Positions 14,051 through 25,369 of a stretch of DNA of 59,467 nt are shown here, in pieces. The notes under the pieces are model-generated. The model worked only from the letters and a program-made list of their open reading frames with translations, made no database searches and had not been told where the DNA came from. Both the position numbers and the translations under genes were made by a program. Source of the DNA: Phoronis australis (Eukaryota; Animalia; Phoronida); NCBI GenBank assembly GCA_002633005.1, contig NMRA01000468.1:288917-348383 (forward strand). The letters run 5' to 3'. Within the stretch, counting starts at the first letter, position 1, and each line of letters starts with the position of its first letter.

Positions 14051-14210
14051 TTCCACCAGAGGTTTTTGCTCCTGAGACTTTGTTGTTCTCTGGACCGAAG
14101 AAAAGAGACGTGAACATGGTATGTGTGTTTGACGCCTACCCACGCGTGGACTTGCAATGGTTTGCTGATGGTGTTGATGTTTCCACACTGAGTCACATGT
14201 CTACAAAGAG
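14051..14210 (+). CDS. Lachesin/IgLON-like Ig protein, exon encoding the N-half of Ig3 (FPPEVFAP...MVCVFDAYPRVDLQWFADG); no downstream exon found
   Basis: ttctag acceptor, gtattg donor, phase 1-2. FPPEV and CxxxAYP...W are typical of lachesin-like Ig3. Confidence 0.85.
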
Positions 14211-14250
14211 GTATTGTTTCGCACATGTGGAGTAATCTTGCAGTTAGTTA

Positions 14251-14661
14251 AGCCACCTTTACACAAGAGACAGCTGACAAGGCACACCTAACAGCTGATC
14301 GGGTGTGAGTGTGTGTGTAAACATGACTGAGGTGGAGCGGTCCGGCCAGTTTTTGACACCGGTTTGATAGATAGAGCAAGTTGCACTCGATCAGTTGCTC
14401 CAGTTTCAACTAAAGGTCTAAAGGGATCATCTTTCAGTGCGCTTGCTCAATATTGTATATTCGGGTGATCAGCAGCTAGCTGGCATTACACGTGGTTTGG
14501 ACATTGGCTATTGTTTATGTGAGCTTGCCCAGACAGTCTTGGTGTAAGTGACTCGTGCTGATAAAATTTATGATCTAATGTGGTGTTAATGCGACTTAAG
14601 TTGAGTAAGTCGCGCTGTGACAACTGACACGGTGACAACTGTCTCTCATGTAAAAATGGCT
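14251..14661. mobile_element. PIF/Harbinger-like MITE
   Basis: 5' agccacctttacacaagagacagctg matches the reverse complement of the 3' end (agccatttttacatgagagacagttg). Flanks are tta and tca. Confidence 0.65.
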
Positions 14662-16501
14662 TCACATCAATTTGGGTAACAGTCATGTACAGAGGTCCTA
14701 CAGTTATTCAGAGTACGCCTTAACTAAAGCCTTCAGCTAGATTGCTAGTGAAAATAGTTTGAACCTAGAATGGGAAAATCATGATTGTCAACATCAAACC
14801 ATGTGCGATACACGTGTTCATTACACCTATATAAGGTGGTTTTTTCATGGTGGGAGATGTGGTTTGGTGTTCGGTTCATTAGCTTTTGTCCATTATCACT
14901 CTAACTGAGTTCTTTCTGATCCAGTTTTGACCGTGTTGACATCAGCTGCGTTTATCAGACAATGCAGACTCCTGCATTATTTTTTAAATTTCATTTGAAG
15001 TCATTACTGATATATAGGTATATTATATAAATATGTACTTACTACTATCATGAAACAACTCTTACGCTAACATTTGGGGTTTTGTTACCACAACGCCTAA
15101 GCGAGCCGCAAATTAATGCTCGTGCCTTCGGCGTGATACGGAAGAAAACCTATTCGCTAATTTCTCTTATAATGCGTCGATTTTAAAAATTCCATAAATG
15201 ATTACTGTGTTTTCCCGTTGATCCCAACTTGTTCGATTCTATAGCCCAACAGCAAGTTGGAAAGATGACCCCTGTGGCCAACATCCCACACAACTNGCAA
15301 ACAAATCCAGAAAATATATATATCATGACAAAAACTGGTTTATGCAGCCAGGATTCTTTAAGTGTGGCCGCTCGAAGAGACATTGCCTAAAGTTAATTCT
15401 ACACTAGTTTTAGAAAAAATCACAAATAAGAGACGATGTCATAACCCATACCCAAGCCTGTGGAAAGGTACATGTACAAGTTGTATGTTTTTAGTTACAT
15501 GTTACACTCTGATACAGTGCATTTTAAGGATTGACCTGAGTAACACTGTTATGCACGATGTCCTCGTTGTATGAGTATAATGGCACTTTGTAATTTGTTG
15601 AGAGAGCAAAGTCTCCCCCGGAACCTCCATAGTTACCACCACTTTCCCTAATGTCACATAACCTTCGTGTTACTGTCCCATTACTGCCAATTTGAAGTAA
15701 ATGTTGTCACCAGACTACACAGAAAAATCACTGAAGTGAACAGAAGAGAAGGGGGAACGGCTCCCCCCGCCCCCCTTATTGGGCTTCCGATGATCCCAAA
15801 AGCCTTTTAATTATAAAAATACCCTCACATCAACATAACGTACTGTATACAAATCGTGATATTTCAAGTGTATCTTTTTATAAAGCTGCTGTGTAATCAC
15901 TGTGCATGTAGCTAAGTCGCCAATGGCATCTTCAGTAAAAGTAAATGTTAACAGACTACTAAGCGGGGAAAAGCAAAATTTTGAATGTACTTAACTAGTC
16001 CAATTCTGAAAAATCAGCCTGGTTTCATATTCACACATGTTATATGCTTTACTTGCTTTCTAATTCAGACTTGTCGAAATCAGCCAGTTGAAAATGCGCA
16101 AAAAATCTCAATATTTGAAAAGCCAGTACTTAAATTCCAAACAGTTTATTTTAAAAATCAAACATGTTTATGGATCAGATATGTTAGCTGAAAAACATGT
16201 AGTCATTCCTAACTTTTGAGTTGTCTCAACATTCTTGAGAAGTTGGCAGTTTTTTTACTGAAATAAGTATCGAAAAAGTCATTTTCGTTAAACCAGTATA
16301 AAAACGAAAACGAGGCTTTTGTCAGAAAAAGATAAGGTGTCTTAATGCACATCCAGTGGTAGACGAAGCCCTCATAAAGTTTCAGGAAAATCTGTGTCGT
16401 CCGATGTAGAACAACCCGTAGGTACTCTCAGAAATAATAGAAGGTAACATTCTTCAAACCGAGACTGTATTCCAATGATTTTGAACGAATGTATTTTGCA
16501 G

Positions 16502-16600
16502 AGAAAGGGAACACCTTTGCACTACGCAGCCTGGGGAGGAAACCTAGAGATTGTCAAGCTACTTTTAGAAAAAGGAGCTTCAAAAAGTGCACGAGACCAG
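16502..16600 (+). CDS. ANK-ZU5-protease gene: ankyrin-repeat exon (RKGTPLHYAAWGGNLEIVKLLLEKGASKSARDQ)
   Basis: ttgcag acceptor, gtattt donor, 99 nt = one 33-aa repeat, phase 0-0. Near-consensus TPLHxAA..G..EIVKLLL.KGA. This frame is not in the ORF track. Confidence 0.92.
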
Positions 16601-16639
16601 GTATTTCAGGGCAAACCTGTAGCCAAAAACGGATTGATT

Positions 16640-16775
16640 TAAACCCCCTCGACCCCTTCGACCCCCACACCTCACTACCCACAGCCCTCTTGACCCATGA
16701 CCCCTTCGACCCACGTCCCACAACCCCCTCGACCCATGACCCGTCGACCCATGGCCCACAATCCCCTTGACCCAG
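16640..16775. repeat. Degenerate C-rich tandem repeat (cgaccc... units)
   Basis: Recurring cgacccc/gacccat motifs. Confidence 0.7.
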
Positions 16776-16909
16776 TCTACACAAGCTCGACTCTGTCTGG
16801 ACCTACACCTCTAGAACAAGCGCTGACCTGCAGGACAATCGAGTCTGCCCATGAAATTAGCTGGTATTTCAGTGTTTTTTTTGAAATTAGGAGAGTCGAT
16901 TCGGAAAGT

Positions 16910-17438
16910 ACGCGACGGGTCTGATCGGGCTCCGAACCACTGGCCAGGATAACAAGCCGCTTTTGTGTTTAGAACACAGAAAATCACAAGTCTAAACAAC
17001 ACAGATCTAGGTTCTCCTGTCTGTATCTCACGGAAGATACTTCGAAATTATCTCCGAACACACCCTAAACTCCTGCTACGGACCTTATTGGCCTGCCGAA
17101 CTTTGTAGGCTACGGTGTGTCCAAATACCAATAAATCCGTAAAAGTGAAATAAAACAACACGTTTTTGTAAGAACTCGGTGTATTTTTAAGGGTTTTACA
17201 TCAAAGTTTGATGATTTATTGGTGCTAAACGATGACTCCAAGCGATAAGCTGACACCAGTAACCCGTGTTGTGAACTACTTAACTGAACGCGTGTGAAAC
17301 CGATGACGTAATTGGATAATTTCAACACCTCCGTCTGCCGTCAGGTGTCAGGTAACGCAACCGGACGTGTCGTTATGGAATAGAACTACTCGATCTAAAT
17401 TGATACAAATTAGGTTGTTTTTTGGGTGGCATGCTCCT
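16910..17438 (+). mobile_element. Kolobok-type DNA transposon, 3' fragment
   Basis: Highly similar to ~33935-34459. Ends gggtggcatgctcct|TTAA. Confidence 0.8.
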
Positions 17439-17671
17439 TTAAGGGCTTAGGATTTCTGGGGTGTAAGGCACCGAAGGCACAGGCATCGTTTAATGACATG
17501 CGGTTTTCATTTGGTTTCTGATTATGGACCACAACGGAAATAAGTCTTTGAATTTTTTATGTTATCCGTGTCTTGTACGTGAACTTTTATTTTTTGTCTT
17601 GTGTTTTTAGGTTTTTCTTTTATTTCTCTGTACTTGTATGACTCTAATAGATTTATTATATTTATTTGTAG

Positions 17672-17770
17672 TACCATAGGTTTCCCCTACACTACGCTGC
17701 GTTGGGAGGTAGTGGCGATGTCTTTGCCTGGTTAAAAGACCAATCACCAGAAACAAATAAAAAAGACCTG
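17672..17770 (+). CDS. ANK-ZU5-protease gene: ankyrin-repeat exon (YHRFPLHYAALGGSGDVFAWLKDQSPETNKKDL)
   Basis: ttgtag acceptor, gtaagt donor, 99 nt, phase 0-0. PLHYAA..G and N.KD motifs. Confidence 0.88.
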
Positions 17771-18330
17771 GTAAGTGTATAATAGCGTTTTGAAGAAACA
17801 TTCAAGCGACTTCAAACCCGCCATGGATCAAAAAAAGCAATGATTTTAGGCCATTTGCCTATGTAATGTGGTTTCAAATTGTCCATTAGTCAAAATAGAT
17901 GCGATTCCCTGGTTTCGGGAAACTAAACAATTTGTTGTTGCTTGTGAGCAGGCTCTGGGGCGAGCACACTCTTTAAGAATTACGAACGTTCGTATATTTG
18001 CAAACCCAGACATCGATTTTCAACTGATTAAAAAAACTAGTTGCGACAACGTTTATAGCGGTAAGGTCTAAATCAAAAGTTTTCCACGCCACTTTAATGG
18101 AAACGTTGTACGTGGGATCTTCGTATTCGCTAATTTTGTTAACTGTCACTGACGTTGGTGGATTGATAATTGTTTCAGACTAAAAGGTTTTTGGAAGTTT
18201 AAAACAATTGCAGTCGGTCTGATACACGTTGTACCAGACGTGCACGGGCTTAGCATATGGATCCATTGCACTGATCACCTGGAAATATTTTTATGCTTTA
18301 TTAATATACGGTTAAAACTGAGCTGAGGAA

Positions 18331-18434
18331 CCAGAAACCTGGCCCAAGGGTTTAACAGTGTGACTTGGTGGGACTCGAACCCACGACCTCGAGTAAAGAA
18401 AGCGGGCACTTATCAACCATGCCATACTGCCTCC
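18331..18434 (-). mobile_element. tRNA-derived SINE head fragment
   Basis: Minus strand has an A-box-like TGGCATGGTTG and a B-box GGTTCGAGTCC, followed by non-tRNA sequence. Confidence 0.65.
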
Positions 18435-20199
18435 TGTTTTTTCAAAGTTTGTTATTCTATTACAATATTTACTTTTTAATTGAAGGTAGTCGCAATTTTG
18501 CAACTACATGTACGTCTAACGTTGTCATTCACGTTACCTCACAGAATAGCTAACAGCCGTTCTTAAGCTCAGCAACTATGGAAGAAATGAAAATGGTTGC
18601 CTTTAAAATTACATCCACAAGAAGTGATAACCGTGTCGAAAATTTAATCACATGGTCGCTCTGGACTTCAACTTGCTTTTTTGAAGAAAATTAGTTGTGA
18701 AAAGTTCACGTTGGTAAACTGAAAAATGTCCTTTGTTGTTTTTAAGAAAATTAGTGCCACAATTGCTAAATTTCCGTTATTTCTACTATTAGTTGATTCA
18801 TAACGTTTTGAAATTAGTAGCCATAAACATGTTTGAATCAATGAAACACCGTAATACAACGAGAACTGGCTGGAATAGACCGCAGAACCTTTTAGTTGGC
18901 GTTGCTCGCCTTTACCACTACCCCACGAGCACATGGCCGTACATGAAAAGTCCTAAAAAATCTTTTAATTTTGGACCTTACATTGTTTTTTATATTTGAC
19001 CCTAAAGTAAAAACTGTTTGTCGAGTGCCAACCTCCACGAAGGTATGATTGTTCCCTCAAATAACCGTTGCACAAATTGCCCATCTCAGTCAAACTTGCG
19101 TTAGCAGGTTTTGTCAATTTCGCTGGCGACTCATTAGTAATATAATTATATGTCTGATGACTGAACACACAACCATGAATTTCTTCAGGTTCAATCACAT
19201 CTAACTGAAAAGGAACGCTGTGTGTCCTGGCGCTAAACTTGACGCTCTCAAAAGTTTTAACTTCTAGAGAAGTGGGTGCTTATTCTAAACAATTTCAAAG
19301 GTCATTTTTTGTTAATATCGTCATAGAAATTAAGGCATGTAATTCCAACCTCGATCTCATGTGGCTGATGTGCCGTGCTTGTCTGGGATTTGTCTTCATT
19401 CCTTTCTTCCGGTGTCGTTCTCGTTATGGAACAAAGCGCCCAGAGTGTAATGTTTGTTAAAAAAAACATGAAGTTCAGATCTGTTATGGCCGATAGCTTC
19501 TTTCCAGCGTTTTTTACTGATATATTTTTTGTTTGGAATATTTTGCAGTCTAATGACCCCAATCATTTCCAAACGAACAATCTTCTAGTAATTGAAATTC
19601 AACATATCGGGAAGCCGGGCGTGGGTCATACCCCTGCCTAGATGGTAGGCGTAACTTAAGGCATTTTAGACGTATGGTAGTACTTTAAAAACTTTACAAT
19701 TTCTTTACAAGATATCCACACGACCAAGCACCACTTGCGCTCTAATACAACACCAAAATCGTGTACATAGGACAGATGCTAAAAAAAATATTTTAACATT
19801 AGGTCATAAGAAAACTTATTGCAATTCCAAGGTTTTTTATCCATTTACATAATAGCTGTAGTATCTGAAAGTACTTTTTCAGCTCTTCATTGTGTATGAT
19901 TGTACCAGAAGGAGAAGACAAATTTTGTAGTTTTATTTTGCATACCTATCAGTTATAAAAATTTTTTCATTCAAAAATCAAAAAGTGTTATCAGATTGTA
20001 AAAGATTACATAGTGAATTATTGAAGCTGTTCATAACTAATTGGGTGGTGAAGTAACTAATTCGCCAACTAATTAAATTGTTACGTCGATTAATTCAGGG
20101 TGTGATATTGAAAATAGGAATTGAACTAGAGAGACTATATCAGCGTCCAATTAAAACAGCAGATCAATAGTATCAACATATTGCTTCAGGTAAAGACAA

Positions 20200-20960
20200 A
20201 CATTTTAGAATACGCTTTTAAGAAGATTATAAGGGGGTAATGTTAAGGTGGTCAAGCCTGGTGATGGATCATAATGTAAAGTCGCGTCACTTTGTCATAA
20301 AAAACAACCCTTGTGAAGGACTACGACCAGTGGCCAAATGTAATGTTGTTTACCAGTTCACATGTCATGAGGACGAATGTCTTCGTCCTCATTTTCGTGA
20401 ACAGCGTTACATTTGACACAAGGTGCGTTTTGTCGCAAGACGGTTGTCCATGCTTATGCAGGGGTCCATTCAAGATCATTTTATACACCAACATGGCCGA
20501 AAAATAACTAGACAAGAAATAGTAGACAATACAATTTGCTTTGTTGAAAATGACACATTTTGGTTAAAAAAATTGGAATCGCTATTGATCAGTCACGATA
20601 AACATGTAATGAATGAACAGCTCACATGTTTGTATCGCACGCTGGCTCTATTTCGATGGGGTTGTGGGCTTCCTGCCGTGTGTTGCATTCACACTTTCTG
20701 TTTGTATGTCCCTCTACCTGTTGTAGCGTGTATTTCGTTGTTTATTTCTTAACGTAATTATTCATTCCACTTATTGCCTAATGATGAAACATGCAGTCTC
20801 GAAATATAGCTAGTGTTTTAATTTGTTGATTTGTTGCGTCTCTCGGTGTTTTACTACATAGCTGCACACCTCAAGAAAGAGGATTTTTCCATCACCACGA
20901 GCGAACCTGTATCAAGGTTTCAAACAACAAGTTTAGTCGCGTTTTCAACGAGGATAGTTA
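20200..20960 (+). mobile_element. Penelope-like retroelement 3' fragment (degenerate GIY-YIG endonuclease plus terminal repeat region)
   Basis: Translations KNNP...CNVVYQFTCHEDEC and RRLSM..QGSIQDHF...KITRQEIVDNT...ESLLI...MNEQ match the Penelope GIY-YIG C-terminus. A degenerate hammerhead-like core lies at 20778-20804. Confidence 0.7.
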
Positions 20961-21020
20961 CTTTTTAAAAAACTGTTATTGAAAATGACGTGTATACTAA
21001 TTACAATTTGTTCCTTTCAG

Positions 21021-21095
21021 GTGGGTAATCTTCCAATCAATATCTACGAATCACAAAGCAGTACGGTTGATTTTGTAACAATTCACATGCTTCAG
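21021..21095 (+). CDS. ANK-ZU5-protease gene: exon (VGNLPINIYESQSSTVDFVTIHMLQ), capping ankyrin repeat
   Basis: tttcag acceptor, gtgggt donor, phase 0-0. KDL|VGNLPI continues the ankyrin D..G.xP pattern. Confidence 0.8.
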
Positions 21096-21199
21096 GTGGG
21101 TATAAAATGATTTAGTTCCGTTTCGATCACTGAAGGTTTATTTATCAACCAAATTTCAAGTGTAACACAAAATATTTATCCCTTGAAAATGTTTCCGTT

Positions 21200-22500
21200 G
21201 GAAAATGACTCTTAGTTTTCAAACGTAGACCCCGGATTATTTCCCAAAGATTTTTTTTATTAATGCATTGATTACGATCTCTGGTATTTTTGTAACGGGA
21301 GTGAGCATTAGTGTGGTGTCCACTTAATGGGTTATTTATCAACACTGATATTTTAAGAGTTTTTATGTTAGTATCAGCTCCGTCGGAACACACTGTATTA
21401 ATCGACGTTTCGGTATATTTTCCCTGAACCATTCTCAAAACAAATGTTCTTCACAATACAGGTAACACAGGAAAACAGTGTGCACAGGTACAATGAATGA
21501 ATAAGAACATCACTGTGTGTGTCGTTAAAACGTTCTTTGACTGTGATGCTAAGTATCCACTTTGTTTACATATGCGCTTATTTTCAAGTTCGTACTCATA
21601 TTTTGGCCAAAAAATGTGACTTGTTTCGTCCGGTGACATAATTACCCTCTCTCTCGGCGTGGATGAACTTCACGAAACATTTTGCCTGTGGAGAAGGCTC
21701 GATTTGACAAGGGACTCACATTTACCGATGGCATGTTTGGATGGGGGACAGTCACTGGGTCACAGCAAAGTGCGGATTTGTGTATTTACTAAGTTTTAAG
21801 CAGCTGAAAGGCCAGCGGTTTCGCCACTTATTTAAATCTTTCAGAAAGGGTATTTCCTTTCTGTAAGTAGTTACGTTTCCAGCCACTGCTGGTGCTCAGT
21901 TGGAAGTGGAAGGAAATAAGCATGTAAATGGACTGCCTGTTTGGAGGCACCATTTAATAATTAGTTGCGCAGAAAGAACCAGAAAATCAGACTGAAGATT
22001 TGAGGTACCTGTAGGAAAAACTGGCTTCAGAATAGGCTCTTGTGACGATTCAACATGACCTTTTTGATGAGCAGCTTTTTGTAGGCTGGATTTCACTGAG
22101 CAGCATTTTTGCTAAGGATTTGCCATGGTAAATAATGTAGTATGCAGCTTGCAAGGTATTGTTTAACTTGCGAGAATCATGCGACGGGCGTAAACTAGTC
22201 TCATGATTATCATCTATCTGACGTGTCATTGTATTCCTTTGTTGCGTAAACACTACAGGTCGCATGGATATTGCATCCAGGGTGTACATCAGACGGTTAC
22301 CGATAAATGCTTGTCATTGCCTTTGTTACAACAACGGGAACAATGAATCGTATAATCTCTATGCGACCAGATTGCGACCAACGCTGAACGTGGACGATCA
22401 CATAAACCGATCTTGCCCAACTTGCATCTGTTTACTTCCCATTGTAATATAGCCTCGGGTTTGATGCGTATTGACTGCTGTGGTGGCAACTGTAAACCAA
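21200..22500 (-). pseudogene. Possible highly degenerate hAT (ZNF862-like) transposase remnant
   Basis: Short motifs appear in the expected order on the minus strand: LQAAYYI, IMSPDETS, VCSDGADTN. Many stops and frameshifts. Confidence 0.35.
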
Positions 22501-22816
22501 GTTTGTAAATCTAGAAAATGTGTTAGTAATTTAAAGTTTGAAAGACAACAACGCCTTTGAAACAAATTTCGGGGGGAATGGTTTTCTGACATTGGTGCTC
22601 ACAGAGGATACTTTTTTCTCATTTCGCCAAACACAATCTGCGTTTGCATTAGCAACATGTACGTTGCTAATCCGAATCCAGAATTGAGGAGGTGCATTGT
22701 ATACACAATTTGGTACTGATCAGTTAAACGTTATTTGATGAAACATGAAAAGACCAAACAATGAATTTACCACTGCCTCAACTATGTCACATTTATGATT
22801 TGTTTTTCGTTTGTAG

Positions 22817-22898
22817 GAGAAAAGGGAAAATCAAGTGTTAACATCACATTCAGAAGAGATTCAGCACCGTCTGAGGACTGACAAGGCATTATTAACAT
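22817..22898 (+). CDS. ANK-ZU5-protease gene: linker exon (EKRENQVLTSHSEEIQHRLRTDKALLT)
   Basis: ttgtag acceptor, gtacga donor. Phase 0-1 bridges the flanking exons exactly. Confidence 0.75.
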
Positions 22899-23145
22899 GT
22901 ACGATTCCACTCTTGAACAATATTTAGTTGAAATGGGAGACCGCAAGGAAATCATTTAGAATACATCAATCTGTTTCATGAAAAATTATTAAAGGCATCA
23001 CAAATTTGGTTTTCACTCCATGCAACCATTATCTGAAAAATATTTATCACAGTTCATTTCAATGCCGTAGGCAATTACAAAAGTTGAACTGTCCGGAAAT
23101 GGACAAAATAACTTTATTTCACTGGAAAAAAGTACAGCTTCTGAG

Positions 23146-23491
23146 AATATAAGCATACCTGCCAGTTACTAAGCCAACATAAGCATATCTGCCAGTTACT
23201 AAGCCAATATAAGCATACCTGCCAGTTACTAAGCCAATATAAGCATACCTGCCAGTTACTAAGCCAATATAAGCATACCTGCCAGTTACTAAGCCAATAT
23301 AAGCATACCTGCCAGTTACTAAGCCAATANNNNNNNNNNNNNNNAATATAAACATACCTGCCAGTTACTAAGCCAACATACGCATACCTGACAGTTACTA
23401 AGCCATTATAAGCATACCTGCCACTTACTAAGTCAGTTTAAGCATAAATGCCAGTTACTAAGCCAATATAAGTATACCTTCCAGTTACTAG
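23146..23491. repeat. 30-bp minisatellite AATATAAGCATACCTGCCAGTTACTAAGCC, about 11 copies, spanning an N gap
   Basis: Direct tandem copies with no spacers, degenerating toward the 3' end. Confidence 0.95.
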
Positions 23492-24049
23492 ACCACTTTT
23501 CTAAAAGTTACACCACCTTTATGAAATGCAGATTATCTTTAAACCTAGTCTAAGTCCAGTATAAGCCAGGTTGAACTTTAATCCACCTTTATGAAATCGG
23601 CTGATGATGTTTAGCTAAACTTTTATACAGCAATGCTGATATGGGAGAGCAATACCAAACTTTTCGCTAAAGTTTTGCTTAGCCTTCATGAAATGGACAT
23701 CTGGTCTAAATACTGGAAAGGCAACTGTCTCTAAAGTGGGAAAGACATTCAGAAAAAATTGGCTCACAGGTGAAATTTTCTTCAATAACTGTGCATCCAT
23801 AACAGTTCATGCCTCCTGTCTTAGAATTGCTTCCTGCAGGGAAACCATATGCCATGTTCAAGCTGCAAAATATCCACGTTTTAAAATTCATGGGATGTGA
23901 TGCGTTTTTTTTCTCCGCATAGTATTGACTGGCTTACAAATGTCGGCCTGTTCAAGGCTCGTTACACATGTAGTTGTCTTTTATCTTAAACTGTAACAGT
24001 CTGCAAAATGAATACGTTTCGTTTGTAATCATTACACTTTCCCTTTAAG

Positions 24050-24807
24050 CGATTGAAAGTGAAGGCGTGTCATACGAAGTGATAGAGGTTGACAATCCCT
24101 TGATGATGAAACTTGCCAAGAACGAACTTGATACAGGTTCGTTGTACTTGCTGGCGAAAACGATTTGTGTGGTCGTTTTTGAACCCGCGAAATTCGAACC
24201 GCCCGTGAGAGTTAAAGTAAACGTGAACAGCATTTTGCGACAGATGGGAGTAACAAGTTGTGACGAAGCCGGCTTTTTCATTTTACGCAAAACAAACGGA
24301 AAAGTGGATAACGTCACCAATGAAAGTCATCCTCGGCTGGAGGGCAAAGAGCTTATTTTCTCTTGTCATCATTTTTCTGATTTTTTTATCGGGTTTAGCA
24401 AAGTGAAGAGATATATCGAGAAAATACGCACGCTATGGACGGGGACATTCGCGGCGTACCTGTGTCCTTCGGTGACCAAAAATGGAAAATGTTTGGATCT
24501 AGCCCTAGTGTGTCACACTCCATATGGCGAAAGCGTAGCTCATCCAGGTCATAGGAAAAATTTAATAGAAATTCACCGTGATTGGAAAATCCGAATTAAT
24601 TTCTATTGGTTCACAACGGGAGGTAAGAAAGAACAAGAACTGTTCCATAAAAAGGCTGTTGACATGGAGATGTGGGGGACAGTCGGCGAACGTATTGCAA
24701 GAAAAGCTTGTCCAACGTCTGTAGAGGGTTCTTCAGTCACTGTTGAGGTGTCGTCAGTGCAAGGAAATGAGGAAGATCACATATGTATTTTATGTGACAA
24801 CGTCAAG
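24050..24807 (+). CDS. ANK-ZU5-protease gene: large exon with ZU5-like domain (PAKFEPPVRV...HHFSDF) and a UPA-like beta region
   Basis: Longest ORF in the window. An in-frame stop at 24046-24048 forces the aag acceptor (phase 1). Ends AAG|GCAAGT (GC donor, phase 0). The F..PV.V and HFS motifs are characteristic of ZU5; the UPA call rests on position only. Confidence 0.8.
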
Positions 24808-24822
24808 GCAAGTAGATTCTGA

Positions 24823-24856
<34 letters not shown>

Positions 24857-24862
24857 GTAATA
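24823..24862. repeat. (AAT)n microsatellite
   Basis: Direct reading. Confidence 0.95.
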
Positions 24863-25369
24863 AAAAAATAAACTATATTTAAAGAGGGTGTCCATCAAAA
24901 TGTTATAGTGAGGTACTCCGTAATTTTTCCTAAAGCTGCTGTCTAAAAATCAAAATGCACATGTTTGTGTGCGTGTGCGTGCTTATGCGCGCGTGTGTGT
25001 GTATGCTGTACCCTCGGTATTAGACTTCAGTCTGATATATGACCACCCACAACGTTTTTCTCATAACATGTAGTAGCCCACCTGAATGGGTACATGTCCT
25101 TTATTTTTGGTCGACGTGAACTCATTTCTGGCGCGCCCTTGTTTCTGTTCTAGTCTATGAATTTTAGCAAAAAGTTGTCTTAAAGCCTACCTTCAAAGAA
25201 ATGCTGTTATTTTAAATCAATTGTGCCACATACTGCTTATTTAGCCTTAGCAAGAGAAGAAAACACGAGTTTAATCACTCAAATGTAAGTCTGTCAAATG
25301 ATTGGTGAAGTTGCCTTTTCGTGCCATATTACGTCACCGCGAAATCCCAGCACAAACAACAAAAGGCAA

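Noticed and set aside
14051-16600. Direct Ig-to-ankyrin fusion (single receptor gene)
   Set aside because: The phase-2 donor and phase-0 acceptor are incompatible, Ig3 is incomplete and no transmembrane exon was found between them.
16489-16770. ORF-track 93-aa ORF
   Set aside because: Wrong frame. The real exon (16502-16600) is an ankyrin repeat in another frame, and the rest is low-complexity repeat.
18331-18434. Possible tRNA gene
   Set aside because: A and B boxes are present but there is no complete cloverleaf, and it continues into a SINE-like body.
21660-21800. Cys-containing minus-strand peptide suggestive of a RAG1-like RING
   Set aside because: Ligand spacing does not fit a RING on inspection.
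23146-23491. 30-bp repeat array resembling a CRISPR array, and ORF 23119-23355 (IGLVTGRYAY)n
   Set aside because: Units are directly adjacent with no unique spacers, there are no cas genes and the context is eukaryotic intron. It is a minisatellite and the ORF is a by-product.
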